Shown: in pieces, positions 8,066 to 16,633 of the stretch
How positions within the stretch are numbered: the first letter of the stretch is position 1
Layout: each line of letters begins with the position of its first letter
NCBI GenBank assembly: GCA_041494685.1
Contig: JBGQBE010000028.1
Span: forward strand, 1-37,297
DNA: 37,297 nucleotides
DNA from: Dehalococcoidia bacterium
GTDB taxonomy: Bacteria; Chloroflexota; Dehalococcoidia; DSTF01; JACRBR01
Direction of reading: 5' to 3'
Made by a program: the position numbers and the translations under genes
The notes under the pieces: model-generated
Told to the model about the DNA's origin: nothing
What the model saw: only the letters and a program-made list of their open reading frames with translations
Databases searched by the model: none

Positions 8066-8089
8066 CCAGAACCCAGAACCAAGAACCTG
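8066..8089. repeat. Heptamer tandem repeat (AGAACC family)
   Basis: CCAGAAC CCAGAAC CAAGAAC CTG. Confidence 0.7.
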
Positions 8090-8266
8090 AGGACTGGGGC
8101 GCACCTCCATCGGGCATATGGCACCGCGTTCCACCAGGGGAGCACATCACCCCTCGCGCCGCTCCCCGACGCGGAGGGGAGGACGAGTGAACCGCTTGCC
8201 CGGCGCTGGCGAAGAAGTGCTGCAGCGTGCGGCTGTAGCCTTCGACGGTGCGACGGCGCACCTGCA

Positions 8267-9205
8267 TCACCACCAGATGATGTCATCCATCGCCTCTTCG
8301 TGCTCCTCCGAGGGCAGGTCGCGCGACCAGAGGTTCGTCTCCAAGTACTTCCAGCCGGAGTCCGCGAACACCATCACGATGTTGCCCGAGTGCAGCCGCT
8401 CGGCGAACTTCAGCCCCGCGTGCAGCACCGCGCCGGCGGAGACGCCGCCGAAGACGCCCTCGCGCTGCATCAGCAGCCGCGCCGCGCGGAAGGCGTGGCC
8501 GCTCCGCACCAGGATCTTCCCGTCGAGGAACGCCAGGTCCAGGATCGGCGGGATGAAGCCGTCGGCGAGGCTCTTGAGCCCCTGGAGCTGATTGCCGGGG
8601 TGCGGCTCGACGGCGATCACCTTCGTGCGCGGGTTCGCCTCCTTGAGGCGATGGCCGGTGCCCATCAGCGTGCCGCCGGTGCCCAGCCCGGCCAGGAACA
8701 CGTCCACCTGCGGCACGTCCTCGAGGATCTCCTCGCCCGTCCAGACGTAGTGGGCGCGGGCGTTGTGCTCGTTGCAGAACTGGTCGAGCATGTACGAGCC
8801 GTCGTCGGCCGCGATCTTGCGCGCCACCGCCATCGCGCCGGTCACGCCGTCCTCCGCGGGCACCCAGATGACCTCGGCGCCGTAGACGTCCAGCGTGCGC
8901 GGGATCTCCGGGTAGACGTTGCGCGGCATGACGATGCGCGTCCTGTAGCCCATCGCCCGGCCGATCATCGCCAGTGCGATGCCCGTGTTGCCCGTGCTGG
9001 CCTCGATGACGGTGTCGCCGGGCACCAGGCGCCCGTCCCGCTCGGCGTGCTGGATCATGTGCTTGACGATGCGGTCCTTGATGGAGCCGGTGGGGTTCCA
9101 GCCCTCCAGCTTCGCGTACAGGTGCACGCCCGGCTTCGGCGAGAGCTGTTTCAGCTCCACCATGGGCGTGCGGCCGATAGTGTGGAGGACGTGCAAGTGG
9201 TGCAT
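8267..9205 (-). CDS. PLP-dependent cysteine synthase (CysM-like)
   Basis: Motifs IGRTPMVEL, AKLEGWNPTGSIKDR, EASTGNTG, GLGTGGT and DSGWKYL. Confidence 0.9.
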   Translation of the reverse strand: MHHLHVLHTIGRTPMVELKQLSPKPGVHLYAKLEGWNPTGSIKDRIVKHMIQHAERDGRLVPGDTVIEASTGNTGIALAMIGRAMGYRTRIVMPRNVYPEIPRTLDVYGAEVIWVPAEDGVTGAMAVARKIAADDGSYMLDQFCNEHNARAHYVWTGEEILEDVPQVDVFLAGLGTGGTLMGTGHRLKEANPRTKVIAVEPHPGNQLQGLKSLADGFIPPILDLAFLDGKILVRSGHAFRAARLLMQREGVFGGVSAGAVLHAGLKFAERLHSGNIVMVFADSGWKYLETNLWSRDLPSEEHEEAMDDIIWW

Positions 9206-9270
9206 CGGTACCGTCAGTATACGGTGCGGAGGCGCGGCGACCCTCAGAATCGCGGGGACGCCCCGATTCC

Positions 9271-9300
9271 TTGACTTGCCGGAATCTGCCTCCATATACT
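9271..9300 (+). promoter_or_regulatory. Promoter of the tRNA-tuf operon
   Basis: TTGACT-N18-TATACT. Confidence 0.65.
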
Positions 9301-9410
9301 GTGCGCGCACAACCCGCCACGTGGCGGGGCCTATTTTTGTTAGGCACTTTTACAATTAGCCCACCATCGTCGGTCAGGGGGTTCCTGAACGCGGAGGGAT
9401 GGCGTTTCGG

Positions 9411-9486
9411 GCCCGAGTGGCGCAACGGCAGCGCAACCGATTTGTAATCGGTAGGTTAGTGGGTTCGAATCCCCTCTCGGGCTCCA
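9411..9486 (+). tRNA. tRNA-Thr (UGU)
   Basis: Acceptor stem GCCCGAG/CTCGGGC, anticodon arm ACCGA-TT-TGT-AA-TCGGT, GGTTCGAATCC, encoded CCA. Confidence 0.96.
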
Positions 9487-9552
9487 GATGAGGTTGCATG
9501 GTGGGTTGACCCTGGCCGCACGTCGGCCATCCCACCACGACGAGACCGGTCT

Positions 9553-9628
9553 GCCCACATAGCTCAGTTGGCAGAGCACACCCTTGGTAAGGGTGAGGTC
9601 ATCGGTTCAAATCCGATTGTGGGCTCCA
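9553..9628 (+). tRNA. tRNA-Thr (GGU)
   Basis: Acceptor stem GCCCACA/TGTGGGC, CACCC-TT-GGT-AA-GGGTG, GGTTCAAATCC, encoded CCA. Confidence 0.97.
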
Positions 9629-9782
9629 GCGGGAGCAGCGCCCGCCCAGGCGGGCAGGCAGTACAGACGCAGGACGGGTGTGCGCCCGGTGAGGCGCGCA
9701 CCCGCACCAACGACGCATATCCGCCCGGGCGGAACAAAGCGCAGGCCTTCCAGCCCGGAAGGCACAGGAGGAGTAGCCGGAC

Positions 9783-10982
9783 ATGGCGAAGCAGAAATTC
9801 GAGAGGACGAAACCGCACGTAAACGTCGGCACCATCGGTCACGTCGACCATGGCAAGACGACGTTGACCGCGGCGATCACCAAGACTCTGGCACTCAAGA
9901 AGCTCGCCACCTATCGCGACTTCGGCAGCATCGACAACGCACCGGAAGAGCGTGCGCGTGGCATCACGATCGCGATCACCCACGTCGAGTACGAGACCGA
10001 GAACCGGCACTACGCGCACGTGGACTGCCCGGGTCACGCCGACTACATCAAGAACATGATCACCGGTGCGGCCCAGATGGACGGCGCCATCCTGGTCGTC
10101 GCCGCGCCTGAAGGCCCCATGCCCCAGACGCGCGAGCACATCCTGCTGGCCCGCCAGGTGCAGGTGCCCAGCATGGTCGTCTACATGAACAAGGTCGACC
10201 AGATGGACGACCCGGAGCTTCTGGACCTGGTCGAGCTGGAGCTGCGCGAGCTGCTCACCAAGAACGGCTTCCCCGGCGACGACATTCCGATCATCCGCGG
10301 CAGCGCGCTGGCCGCCATGAACAGCACCAGCACCGACGTGAACGCGCCCGAGTACGCCAGCATCCTCGAGCTGATGAAGGCCGTCGACGAATACATCCCG
10401 ACGCCGGAACGCCCGCGCGACCTGCCGTTCCTGATGCCGGTTGAGGACGTCTTCGGCATCAAGGGCCGCGGCACCGTCGTCACCGGCCGCATCGAGCGCG
10501 GCATCGTCAAGGTCGGCGACGAGATCGAGATCGTCGGCTTCGGCGAGTCGCGCAAGACGACCGTCACGGGCGTCGAGATGTTCCAGAAGACGCTGGACCA
10601 GGGTGAGGCGGGCGACAACGTCGGCTGCCTGCTGCGCGGTATTGAGCGCGAGGACATCGAGCGGGGCCAGGTGCTGGCGAAGTCCGGCTCCATCACGCCG
10701 CACAACAAGTTCGAGGCAGAAGTCTACGTCCTCTCGAAGGACGAGGGCGGGCGACACACGCCGTTCCTCCCGGGCTACCGCCCGCAGTTCTACATCCGCA
10801 CGACGGACGTCACGGGCACCATCTCGCTGCCGGAAGGCGTCGAGATGGTGATGCCGGGCGACAACGTCAAGATGACGGTGGAGCTGATCCAGGCGGTCGC
10901 CGTGGAAGACGGCCTTCGCTTCGCCATCCGCGAAGGCGGCCGCACGGTGGGCGCAGGCGCCGTCACGAAGATCCTGGCGTAG
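9783..10982 (+). CDS. tuf: Elongation factor Tu
   Basis: Motifs [26 protein letters not shown] and [13 protein letters not shown]. Confidence 0.99.
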   Translation: MAKQKFERTKPHVNVGTIGHVDHGKTTLTAAITKTLALKKLATYRDFGSIDNAPEERARGITIAITHVEYETENRHYAHVDCPGHADYIKNMITGAAQMDGAILVVAAPEGPMPQTREHILLARQVQVPSMVVYMNKVDQMDDPELLDLVELELRELLTKNGFPGDDIPIIRGSALAAMNSTSTDVNAPEYASILELMKAVDEYIPTPERPRDLPFLMPVEDVFGIKGRGTVVTGRIERGIVKVGDEIEIVGFGESRKTTVTGVEMFQKTLDQGEAGDNVGCLLRGIEREDIERGQVLAKSGSITPHNKFEAEVYVLSKDEGGRHTPFLPGYRPQFYIRTTDVTGTISLPEGVEMVMPGDNVKMTVELIQAVAVEDGLRFAIREGGRTVGAGAVTKILA

Positions 10983-10996
10983 GCGTTCAGATTCGC

Positions 10997-11032
10997 ACGG
11001 CCCGCCCGTTATAGAGTGTACGGGCGGGCCGT
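10997..11032 (+). terminator. Strong hairpin after tuf
   Basis: ACGGCCCGCCCGT/ACGGGCGGGCCGT inverted repeat. Confidence 0.5.
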
Positions 11033-11087
11033 CTTGCCCCCGTCCGGGGGCGCAGGGACGGGCCGCTGAGGGCCCCGACGAGGAACC

Positions 11088-11252
11088 ATGGCAAAGAAGG
11101 ACGACCGGCAGATCATCACGCTCGCCTGCACCGAGTGCAAAGAGCGGACGTATACTACGAGCAAGAGCCGGCGCAACGACCCGGATCGGCTGGAGTTGAG
11201 CAAGTTCTGCCCCCGCTGCCGCATCCACCGCGCGCACCGCGAAGTCCGATAA
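11088..11252 (+). CDS. rpmG: 50S ribosomal protein L33 (zinc-ribbon form), absent from the ORF track
   Basis: Own translation [62 protein letters not shown]. Confidence 0.96.
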   Translation: MAKKDDRQIITLACTECKERTYTTSKSRRNDPDRLELSKFCPRCRIHRAHREVR

Positions 11253-11264
11253 GAAGGGGAACGC

Positions 11265-11594
11265 ATGAGCCGCGCGTTGCGCAGACAACCCCTGGTAAAC
11301 AAGCCCCCGGCGAAGGGTTCGCCGTTCAAGCTGGGCGGCTCGCGGCCGGTGAAGCAGAAGCAGTCGGCCGCCACGCAGGCCGAGGCCGCACGCCGCGCAT
11401 CCTTCTACGACCGCTGGATGCCGCGGCCGATCCACGACGTCGTCTCCGAGCTGCGCAAGGTCACCTGGCCCACGCGCGAGGAGACCTGGCGGCTCACCGT
11501 CGCCGTCGTCGTCGTCTCGGTGATCATCGGCCTGGCGCTCGGTACCGTGGACATTGGCTTGAACTGGTTGGTCGACCACACCCTGTTGAGGTAG
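11265..11594 (+). CDS. secE: Preprotein translocase subunit SecE
   Basis: SELRKVTWPTREE followed by one TM helix; lies between rpmG and nusG. Confidence 0.93.
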   Translation: MSRALRRQPLVNKPPAKGSPFKLGGSRPVKQKQSAATQAEAARRASFYDRWMPRPIHDVVSELRKVTWPTREETWRLTVAVVVVSVIIGLALGTVDIGLNWLVDHTLLR

Positions 11595-11602
11595 GGCACG
11601 GC

Positions 11603-12238
11603 ATGGCGCGAAAAGGCAAAGCCGCCGCACAGGTCGACGAGGTCGAGTCAGGAGAGGGCGCGGCCGAATCGCCCGAGGACGCGGCGATCCAGGAAGGCCG
11701 CGCGTGGTATGTGATCCACACGTACTCCGGTTACGAGAACAAGGTGAAGACCAACCTGGAGCACCGCATCCAGACGATGGACGCGAAGGATCTGATCTTC
11801 CAGGTGGTCATCCCGACCGAGGACGAGATCGAGATCCGGGACGGGCAGCGCCGCACCGTAGCGCGCAAGATCTTCCCGGGTTACGTCCTCACGCAGATGA
11901 TCGAGCTCAAGGAAGACGACGTCGAGTCGAGCCGCGCGTGGTTCGTCGTGCGCAACACGCCGGGCGTCACGGGCTTCGTCGGCTCCGGTACCAAGCCGGT
12001 GGCGCTGGAGCCGCCGGAAGTGAAGCGGATCCTGCGGCAGATGCGCGTCGTGGCGCCGAAGGTGAAGGTCGGCTTTATCGTCGGCCAGAGCGTGCGCATC
12101 GTCGATGGCCCCTTCCAGGACTTCGTCGGCACCGTCGACGACATCAACCTGGAGAAGGGCAAGGTCAAGGTGCTGGTCAACATGTTCGGCCGCGAGACGC
12201 CGATCGAGCTTGACTTCCTGCAGGTGGAGCGCCTGTAG
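11603..12238 (+). CDS. nusG: Transcription termination/antitermination factor NusG
   Basis: Motifs WYVIHTYSGYE, IFPGYV, VRNTPGVTGFVG and KOW region DGPFQDF...MFGRETPIEL. Confidence 0.97.
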   Translation: MARKGKAAAQVDEVESGEGAAESPEDAAIQEGRAWYVIHTYSGYENKVKTNLEHRIQTMDAKDLIFQVVIPTEDEIEIRDGQRRTVARKIFPGYVLTQMIELKEDDVESSRAWFVVRNTPGVTGFVGSGTKPVALEPPEVKRILRQMRVVAPKVKVGFIVGQSVRIVDGPFQDFVGTVDDINLEKGKVKVLVNMFGRETPIELDFLQVERL

Positions 12239-12337
12239 CGCCGAATGATTCGGCTGGACTAGCCTGAAGCGTGCCTCGCCGCTGGCGAGGCGCTTCGTTG
12301 TGAGAGGGACGCCCGCAGGGGCGCAGAGGACAGGACA

Positions 12338-12760
12338 ATGGCGAAGAAGATCCGGGCGGTTATCACGCTGCAGATCCAGGCCGGCAAGGCCAACCCCGCG
12401 CCGCCGGTCGGCCCCGCGCTGGGCCAGCACGGAATCAACATCATGGGCTTCTGCAAGGAGTACAACGAGAAGACGGCGAACCAGGCGGGCAGCATCGTGC
12501 CGGCCGAGATCACCGTCTTCGAGGACCGCTCTTTCACGTTCGTGCTCAAGACGCCGCCTGCCTCCGACCTGCTCAAGAAGGCCGCGGGCATCGAGAAGGG
12601 CAGCCGCGCCCAGAAGCGCGAGAAGGTCGGCGCCGTCTCCCGCGACGCGGTGAAGAAGATCGCCGAACTGAAGATGAAAGACCTCAACGCCAGCGACATG
12701 GACGCCGCCGTCCGCATGGTCGAAGGCACCGCCCGCAGCATGGGCATCGAGGTCAGCTAG
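12338..12760 (+). CDS. rplK: 50S ribosomal protein L11
   Basis: Motifs [18 protein letters not shown] and GTARSMG. Confidence 0.99.
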   Translation: MAKKIRAVITLQIQAGKANPAPPVGPALGQHGINIMGFCKEYNEKTANQAGSIVPAEITVFEDRSFTFVLKTPPASDLLKKAAGIEKGSRAQKREKVGAVSRDAVKKIAELKMKDLNASDMDAAVRMVEGTARSMGIEVS

Positions 12761-12800
12761 AGGAGCACACGGCACACAGGCCCGGCACAGTCAGTCGAAA

Positions 12801-12833
12801 TCTATCTGTGCCCATCTGTGTCATCTGTGGATA
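12801..12833. repeat. ATCTGTG short tandem repeat (x3)
   Basis: tctATCTGTG cccATCTGTG tcATCTGTGg. Confidence 0.7.
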
Positions 12834-12868
12834 GGAACCACCAATCGCCGCGGGTGCGGCATTAGGCA

Positions 12869-12931
12869 GCGACGGAGGCCGAACGCGCGCGAGCGCTGGT
12901 AGGCCGGCTCGGCCCGCAAGGGTAACGTCGC
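12869..12931 (+). promoter_or_regulatory. Candidate L1-binding mRNA operator upstream of rplA
   Basis: GCGAC/GTCGC stem enclosing GGAGGCC...GGCC...TAAC, resembling known L1 mRNA sites, just before the rplA RBS. Confidence 0.45.
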
Positions 12932-12945
12932 GGAGAGGACGAGAG

Positions 12946-13656
12946 ATGAAACGCGGTAAGAAGTACACAGAGAAGTCCAAGCTCATCGATCCGGAGAAGC
13001 TCTACGCCCCGGCCGAGGGCATCAAGCTGGCGAAGGAAGCATCCTTCGTCAAATTCGACGAGACCGTCGAGCTCCACCTGCGCACCGGGCTCGACCCGCG
13101 CCACGCCGATCAGCAGATCCGCGGCACCGCGCTGCTGCCGCACGGCCTGGGCAAGACCGTGCGCGTGCTGGTCTTCGCTGAGGGCGATGCCGCCCGCCAG
13201 GCCACCGAGGCCGGCGCCGACGAGGTCGGCGGCGACGAGTTGATCAAGAAGGTCGAGGGCGGCTACACCGACTTCGACGTCGCGCTGGCCCAGCGCGACC
13301 GGATGGGCAAGGTCGGCCGCCTGGGCCGCGTGCTGGGCCCCAAAGGCCTGATGCCCAACCCGCGCTCCGGCACCGTCGTCGAGGCCGGCGACATGGCCAA
13401 GGCCGTCAACGACGCGCGCCAGGGCCGCGTCGAGTTCCGCCTCGACCGCACCGCGATCATTCACGTCCCCATCGGCAAGGTGAGCTTCAGCGAAGCCGCG
13501 CTCGAGGAGAACATGGCGATGCTGGTGTCGGAGATCGTGAAGGCGAAGCCGACGGGCGGCAAGGGCGTGTTCGTCAAGACGATCACCCTCACCACCACCA
13601 TGGGCCCCGGCATCCGCCTCGACCCCACGCCCACGCTCGCCATGCGCGCGGGGTAG
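12946..13656 (+). CDS. rplA: 50S ribosomal protein L1
   Basis: Motifs [24 protein letters not shown] and TTMGPG. Confidence 0.99.
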   Translation: MKRGKKYTEKSKLIDPEKLYAPAEGIKLAKEASFVKFDETVELHLRTGLDPRHADQQIRGTALLPHGLGKTVRVLVFAEGDAARQATEAGADEVGGDELIKKVEGGYTDFDVALAQRDRMGKVGRLGRVLGPKGLMPNPRSGTVVEAGDMAKAVNDARQGRVEFRLDRTAIIHVPIGKVSFSEAALEENMAMLVSEIVKAKPTGGKGVFVKTITLTTTMGPGIRLDPTPTLAMRAG

Positions 13657-13683
13657 CCCGCGATCACAGGCCGAATCCGGCGG

Positions 13684-13713
13684 AAGGGCGGACGCAAGTT
13701 CGCCCTTCTTGTT
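13684..13713 (+). terminator. Intrinsic terminator after rplA
   Basis: GAAGGGCGGAC-gcaa-GTTCGCCCTTC-TTGTT. Confidence 0.65.
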
Positions 13714-13774
13714 GCGTCTCGCGCTCGTCGTCACGCCCCGATTGCGGGCCGCAGCCGCAGCCGCTAGACTGCCC

Positions 13775-13914
13775 TCGCTGAAGACAGCAGGCGCTCCTTC
13801 GGGACATAATCACAGCCTGCCGAGGCGCAATACGTGAATCCGGTGCGGTGTCGCCCATCTGCGGCTGCCGCCCGCGCGTGTGGCCCCTGTCTCCCGGCAG
13901 GGGCGTTTTGTTTG
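13775..13914 (+). ncRNA. L10 leader (ribosomal protein autoregulatory RNA)
   Basis: GAAGACAGCAGG...TAAT...CCTGCCGAGG core upstream of rplJ, then a GCCCCTG/CAGGGGC-TTTT hairpin. Confidence 0.8.
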
Positions 13915-13951
13915 TCCAAGACCAGGTTCTAAGTTCTACAGAGGGTCACTC

Positions 13952-14479
13952 ATGCCAACGGCGAAGAAAGAAGCGAACGTCGCAGAGCTGAAGGAACTCG
14001 CCGCGAAGGCGACGCTGATGGTCGGCGCCGAGTACCGCGGGCTCTCCGTGAAGGAGCTGACGCAGCTCCGGCGCGTGCTGCGCGACGCCGGCGTCGAGGC
14101 GCGCGTCGTCAAGAACAAGCTGTTCCAGATCGCCGCCGCGCAGGCGGGCGTGCCCGACGCGGGCCAGGTCTGCGAGGGGCCCACATTGGTCGTGTTCGCG
14201 CAGGGCGACATCGTCGCGCCCAGCAAGGCGATCAGCGACTACATGCGCACGGCGCGCAACGCGTTCGCGCCGAAGAAGGCGTACCTCGAAGGACAACTCC
14301 AGCCGGGCTCGATCATCGCAGACCTGGCGAGCCTGCCCTCGCGCGAGGAGCTGATCGGCAAGCTGGCCGGCATCTTCGTCTCGCAGGTGCAGCAGTTCGT
14401 GAACCTGACGAGCGACAGCATGCAGTCGTTCGCGCGGCTGGTCGATGCGCGCGCGCAGCAGCTCGAAGAAGCGGCATAG
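13952..14479 (+). CDS. rplJ: 50S ribosomal protein L10
   Basis: Motifs EYRGLSVKELTQLR, VVKNKL and LASLPSREEL; ATG at 13952. Confidence 0.97.
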   Translation: MPTAKKEANVAELKELAAKATLMVGAEYRGLSVKELTQLRRVLRDAGVEARVVKNKLFQIAAAQAGVPDAGQVCEGPTLVVFAQGDIVAPSKAISDYMRTARNAFAPKKAYLEGQLQPGSIIADLASLPSREELIGKLAGIFVSQVQQFVNLTSDSMQSFARLVDARAQQLEEAA

Positions 14480-14562
14480 ACACGGGACGACGCGCGCCGG
14501 CCGGCGCGCTGTGAAGCAGCAGTGACCGCCCGCACGGCGGGCGCGCAGAGGAGGAGACGGAC

Positions 14563-14946
14563 ATGGCGAAGGTAGAAGAAGCGTTCGACATCATCAAGGG
14601 CATGACGATCATCGAGCTGCGCGATCTCAACAAGAAGATCGAAGACGAGTTCGGCATCACGGCGACCGCGCCGGCGATGATGATGGCGGCTCCGGCGGCC
14701 GGCGGCGGTGCCGCGGCGGTGGTCGAAGAGGAGAAGACGGAATTCAGCGTCGTCCTCAAGGACGCGGGCGCCAACAAGATCAACGTCATCAAGGCCGTCC
14801 GCGAAGTGACGACCCTCGGCCTCAAGGAGGCCAAGGATCTCGTCGAGAGCGCGCCGGTGGCAGTGAAGGAAGGCATCGCGAAGGCCGAGGCCGAGGCCGT
14901 GAAGGCGAAGCTGACCGAGGCGGGCGCGACCGTCGAGCTGACCTAG
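14563..14946 (+). CDS. rplL: 50S ribosomal protein L7/L12
   Basis: Motifs [16 protein letters not shown] and [11 protein letters not shown]. Confidence 0.99.
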   Translation: MAKVEEAFDIIKGMTIIELRDLNKKIEDEFGITATAPAMMMAAPAAGGGAAAVVEEEKTEFSVVLKDAGANKINVIKAVREVTTLGLKEAKDLVESAPVAVKEGIAKAEAEAVKAKLTEAGATVELT

Positions 14947-14959
14947 TTCACCTCCGGGT

Positions 14960-14990
14960 GGGCCTCCCGCCGCCGCATGGTGGGAGGCCC
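14960..14990 (+). terminator. Hairpin after rplL
   Basis: GGGCCTCCC...GGGAGGCCC. Confidence 0.55.
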
Positions 14991-15010
14991 GCTTGGTATC
15001 ATCCCCCGCG

Positions 15011-15649
15011 GTGGACTGCTACTCCTGCGAACAGCCGGCGATCAACGCCTGCAAGCGATGCGCCAAGCCGTACTGCGAAGAGCACGGCAACGCGACGTAT
15101 TGCGCTGACTGTTTGCGTCCGTCCAGCGCCCTCCCGTCCTTCAACCTCTATCGCGGTGCGCTGCTGACTCTGCTCATCGGCACGGCGATCGCCGTGTACC
15201 TCATCCTGCGCCCCCCGGGAGAGTCGAACAGCACGCCGCCCGTCGTCGTCGGCAAGTCCACGCCGACGCCCACCGCGGCAAGCGGCACGCCGCAGCCCAC
15301 CGTGGTCGCGCAGACGCCGGAGGTGACGCCCGGCGAGGCCAGCGGCACGCCCGGCGCGGGCTCCGCCACGCCGGGCACGCCCACCACTGACACGCCCGCC
15401 GCGGGAACGCCCACCACTGGCACGCCGGCAGCGGGAACGCCGACGCCCACCGGCACGGAGAGCCCGTTCCTGGTCCACGTCGTCATCGAAGGCGACACGC
15501 TGTTCGGTATCGCCCAGGCCAACCTGTCGCCTGGCGATGACGTGACGTCGTACGCACGTGCCATCGCCAGCCTGAACGGCATCGACTTCAACAACCCCAA
15601 CCTGCATATCGGCCAGACGCTGGCGCTGCCTCGGCCGAAGCCACAGTAA
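15011..15649 (+). CDS. Membrane protein: N-terminal Cys/His zinc finger, one TM helix, Pro/Thr linker, C-terminal LysM
   Basis: CxxC-x7-CxxC-x4-CxxH-x5-CxxC; hydrophobic span; TPAAGTP repeats; HVVIEGDTLFGIA...SLNGI...LHIGQTLALP. Confidence 0.8.
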   Translation: MDCYSCEQPAINACKRCAKPYCEEHGNATYCADCLRPSSALPSFNLYRGALLTLLIGTAIAVYLILRPPGESNSTPPVVVGKSTPTPTAASGTPQPTVVAQTPEVTPGEASGTPGAGSATPGTPTTDTPAAGTPTTGTPAAGTPTPTGTESPFLVHVVIEGDTLFGIAQANLSPGDDVTSYARAIASLNGIDFNNPNLHIGQTLALPRPKPQ

Positions 15650-15658
15650 GCGCCGGCC

Positions 15659-16099
15659 ATGCCCGATCCGGAAGCCCTCGCCCGCGCCTCGCTCCGCCGC
15701 AGCATGCTGATCTACCTGCTGCTGCTCGCCGTCGATGTGCTGGTCGTCGTGTCGCTCGCCCTCGGCAGCGGTGGCGGCGGCGCCTTCGTCACCCTCTCGA
15801 TCGTCGGCCTCGTCGGCCTCGTCGGCCTGCTGCTCGCGTACCACGTCCTGCAGCACGTCCAGGATCTCGGCTCGCCGCTGGCGGAGAGCGAGGGCGTGAT
15901 CAACCGGCTCTGGACGCGCGCCGACCTGAACATCGCCTGGCAGAGTTACTACGTGCTGGTGGGGCGCACTGTGTTCCGCGTCAAGGCGGAGGACTACATC
16001 CACCTCAAGGTGGACATGTACGTGAAGGTCGTCCACTTCCCCCGCACGCTCAACGTCGTCAGCGTGCACGAGGCCCCGCGCGGCGCTCCGCCCGCCTGA
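15659..16099 (+). CDS. Hypothetical membrane protein (2 TM plus soluble domain)
   Basis: Two hydrophobic helices; GC-rich third codon positions; starts 9 bp after the upstream stop. Confidence 0.7.
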   Translation: MPDPEALARASLRRSMLIYLLLLAVDVLVVVSLALGSGGGGAFVTLSIVGLVGLVGLLLAYHVLQHVQDLGSPLAESEGVINRLWTRADLNIAWQSYYVLVGRTVFRVKAEDYIHLKVDMYVKVVHFPRTLNVVSVHEAPRGAPPA

Positions 16100-16235
16100 G
16101 CCGGGCGACTGGGAAGTCGAAGACCGGCGGTCGGGATGGGGGCGATGGGGTCGCGCGACACGACCCGCCGGCCGGTCGAGCATGGGCGTGCCGTGTGTTA
16201 CGATGCCGCCGATTCCCGGAACTGCGAGGACCCAC

Positions 16236-16529
16236 ATGCGCCTGCTCTCACTCACCTTCCTCTTCTCGCTCGTGCTGATGGCCGCCGCCGCGATTTCGTC
16301 GCCAGCGCACGCGGCCGCCGTGCCGCCCGCCGGGGCGCTGCCCGCCGTGATGGCGCAGCAGAAGCCCGAGGTGGACCAGCATGACGATTCGCGCGTGGCG
16401 GTCCAACTGGTGGTGCTGGGCATTGCGGCAGGCGTCGTGGTAGGCGTGGGTTCGTGCGCCTATGTGCTGCGCAAGAAGCTCGGTCTCGTCGCACCGCCGC
16501 CGCAGCAGGGCGTGGGCGGCCACCACTAG
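16236..16529 (+). CDS. Small secreted/membrane-anchored hypothetical protein
   Basis: GAGGA RBS, signal peptide ending AHA, C-terminal TM helix followed by RKK. Confidence 0.6.
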   Translation: MRLLSLTFLFSLVLMAAAAISSPAHAAAVPPAGALPAVMAQQKPEVDQHDDSRVAVQLVVLGIAAGVVVGVGSCAYVLRKKLGLVAPPPQQGVGGHH

Positions 16530-16546
16530 GGCACCGGCACCCGCTG

Positions 16547-16576
16547 TTGACACTACCGACGTGCCGACAGCACAAT
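16547..16576 (+). promoter_or_regulatory. Promoter of the ABC transporter operon
   Basis: TTGACA-N18-CACAAT. Confidence 0.5.
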
Positions 16577-16633
16577 GAACTCCGTTCAGCAGGGTCGGCG
16601 CGCAGGCGCCCGTATTGGGTACGAGGTGGACTG

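Noticed and set aside
11135..11602. Upstream extension of NusG in the ORF track
   Set aside because: It overlaps rpmG and secE.
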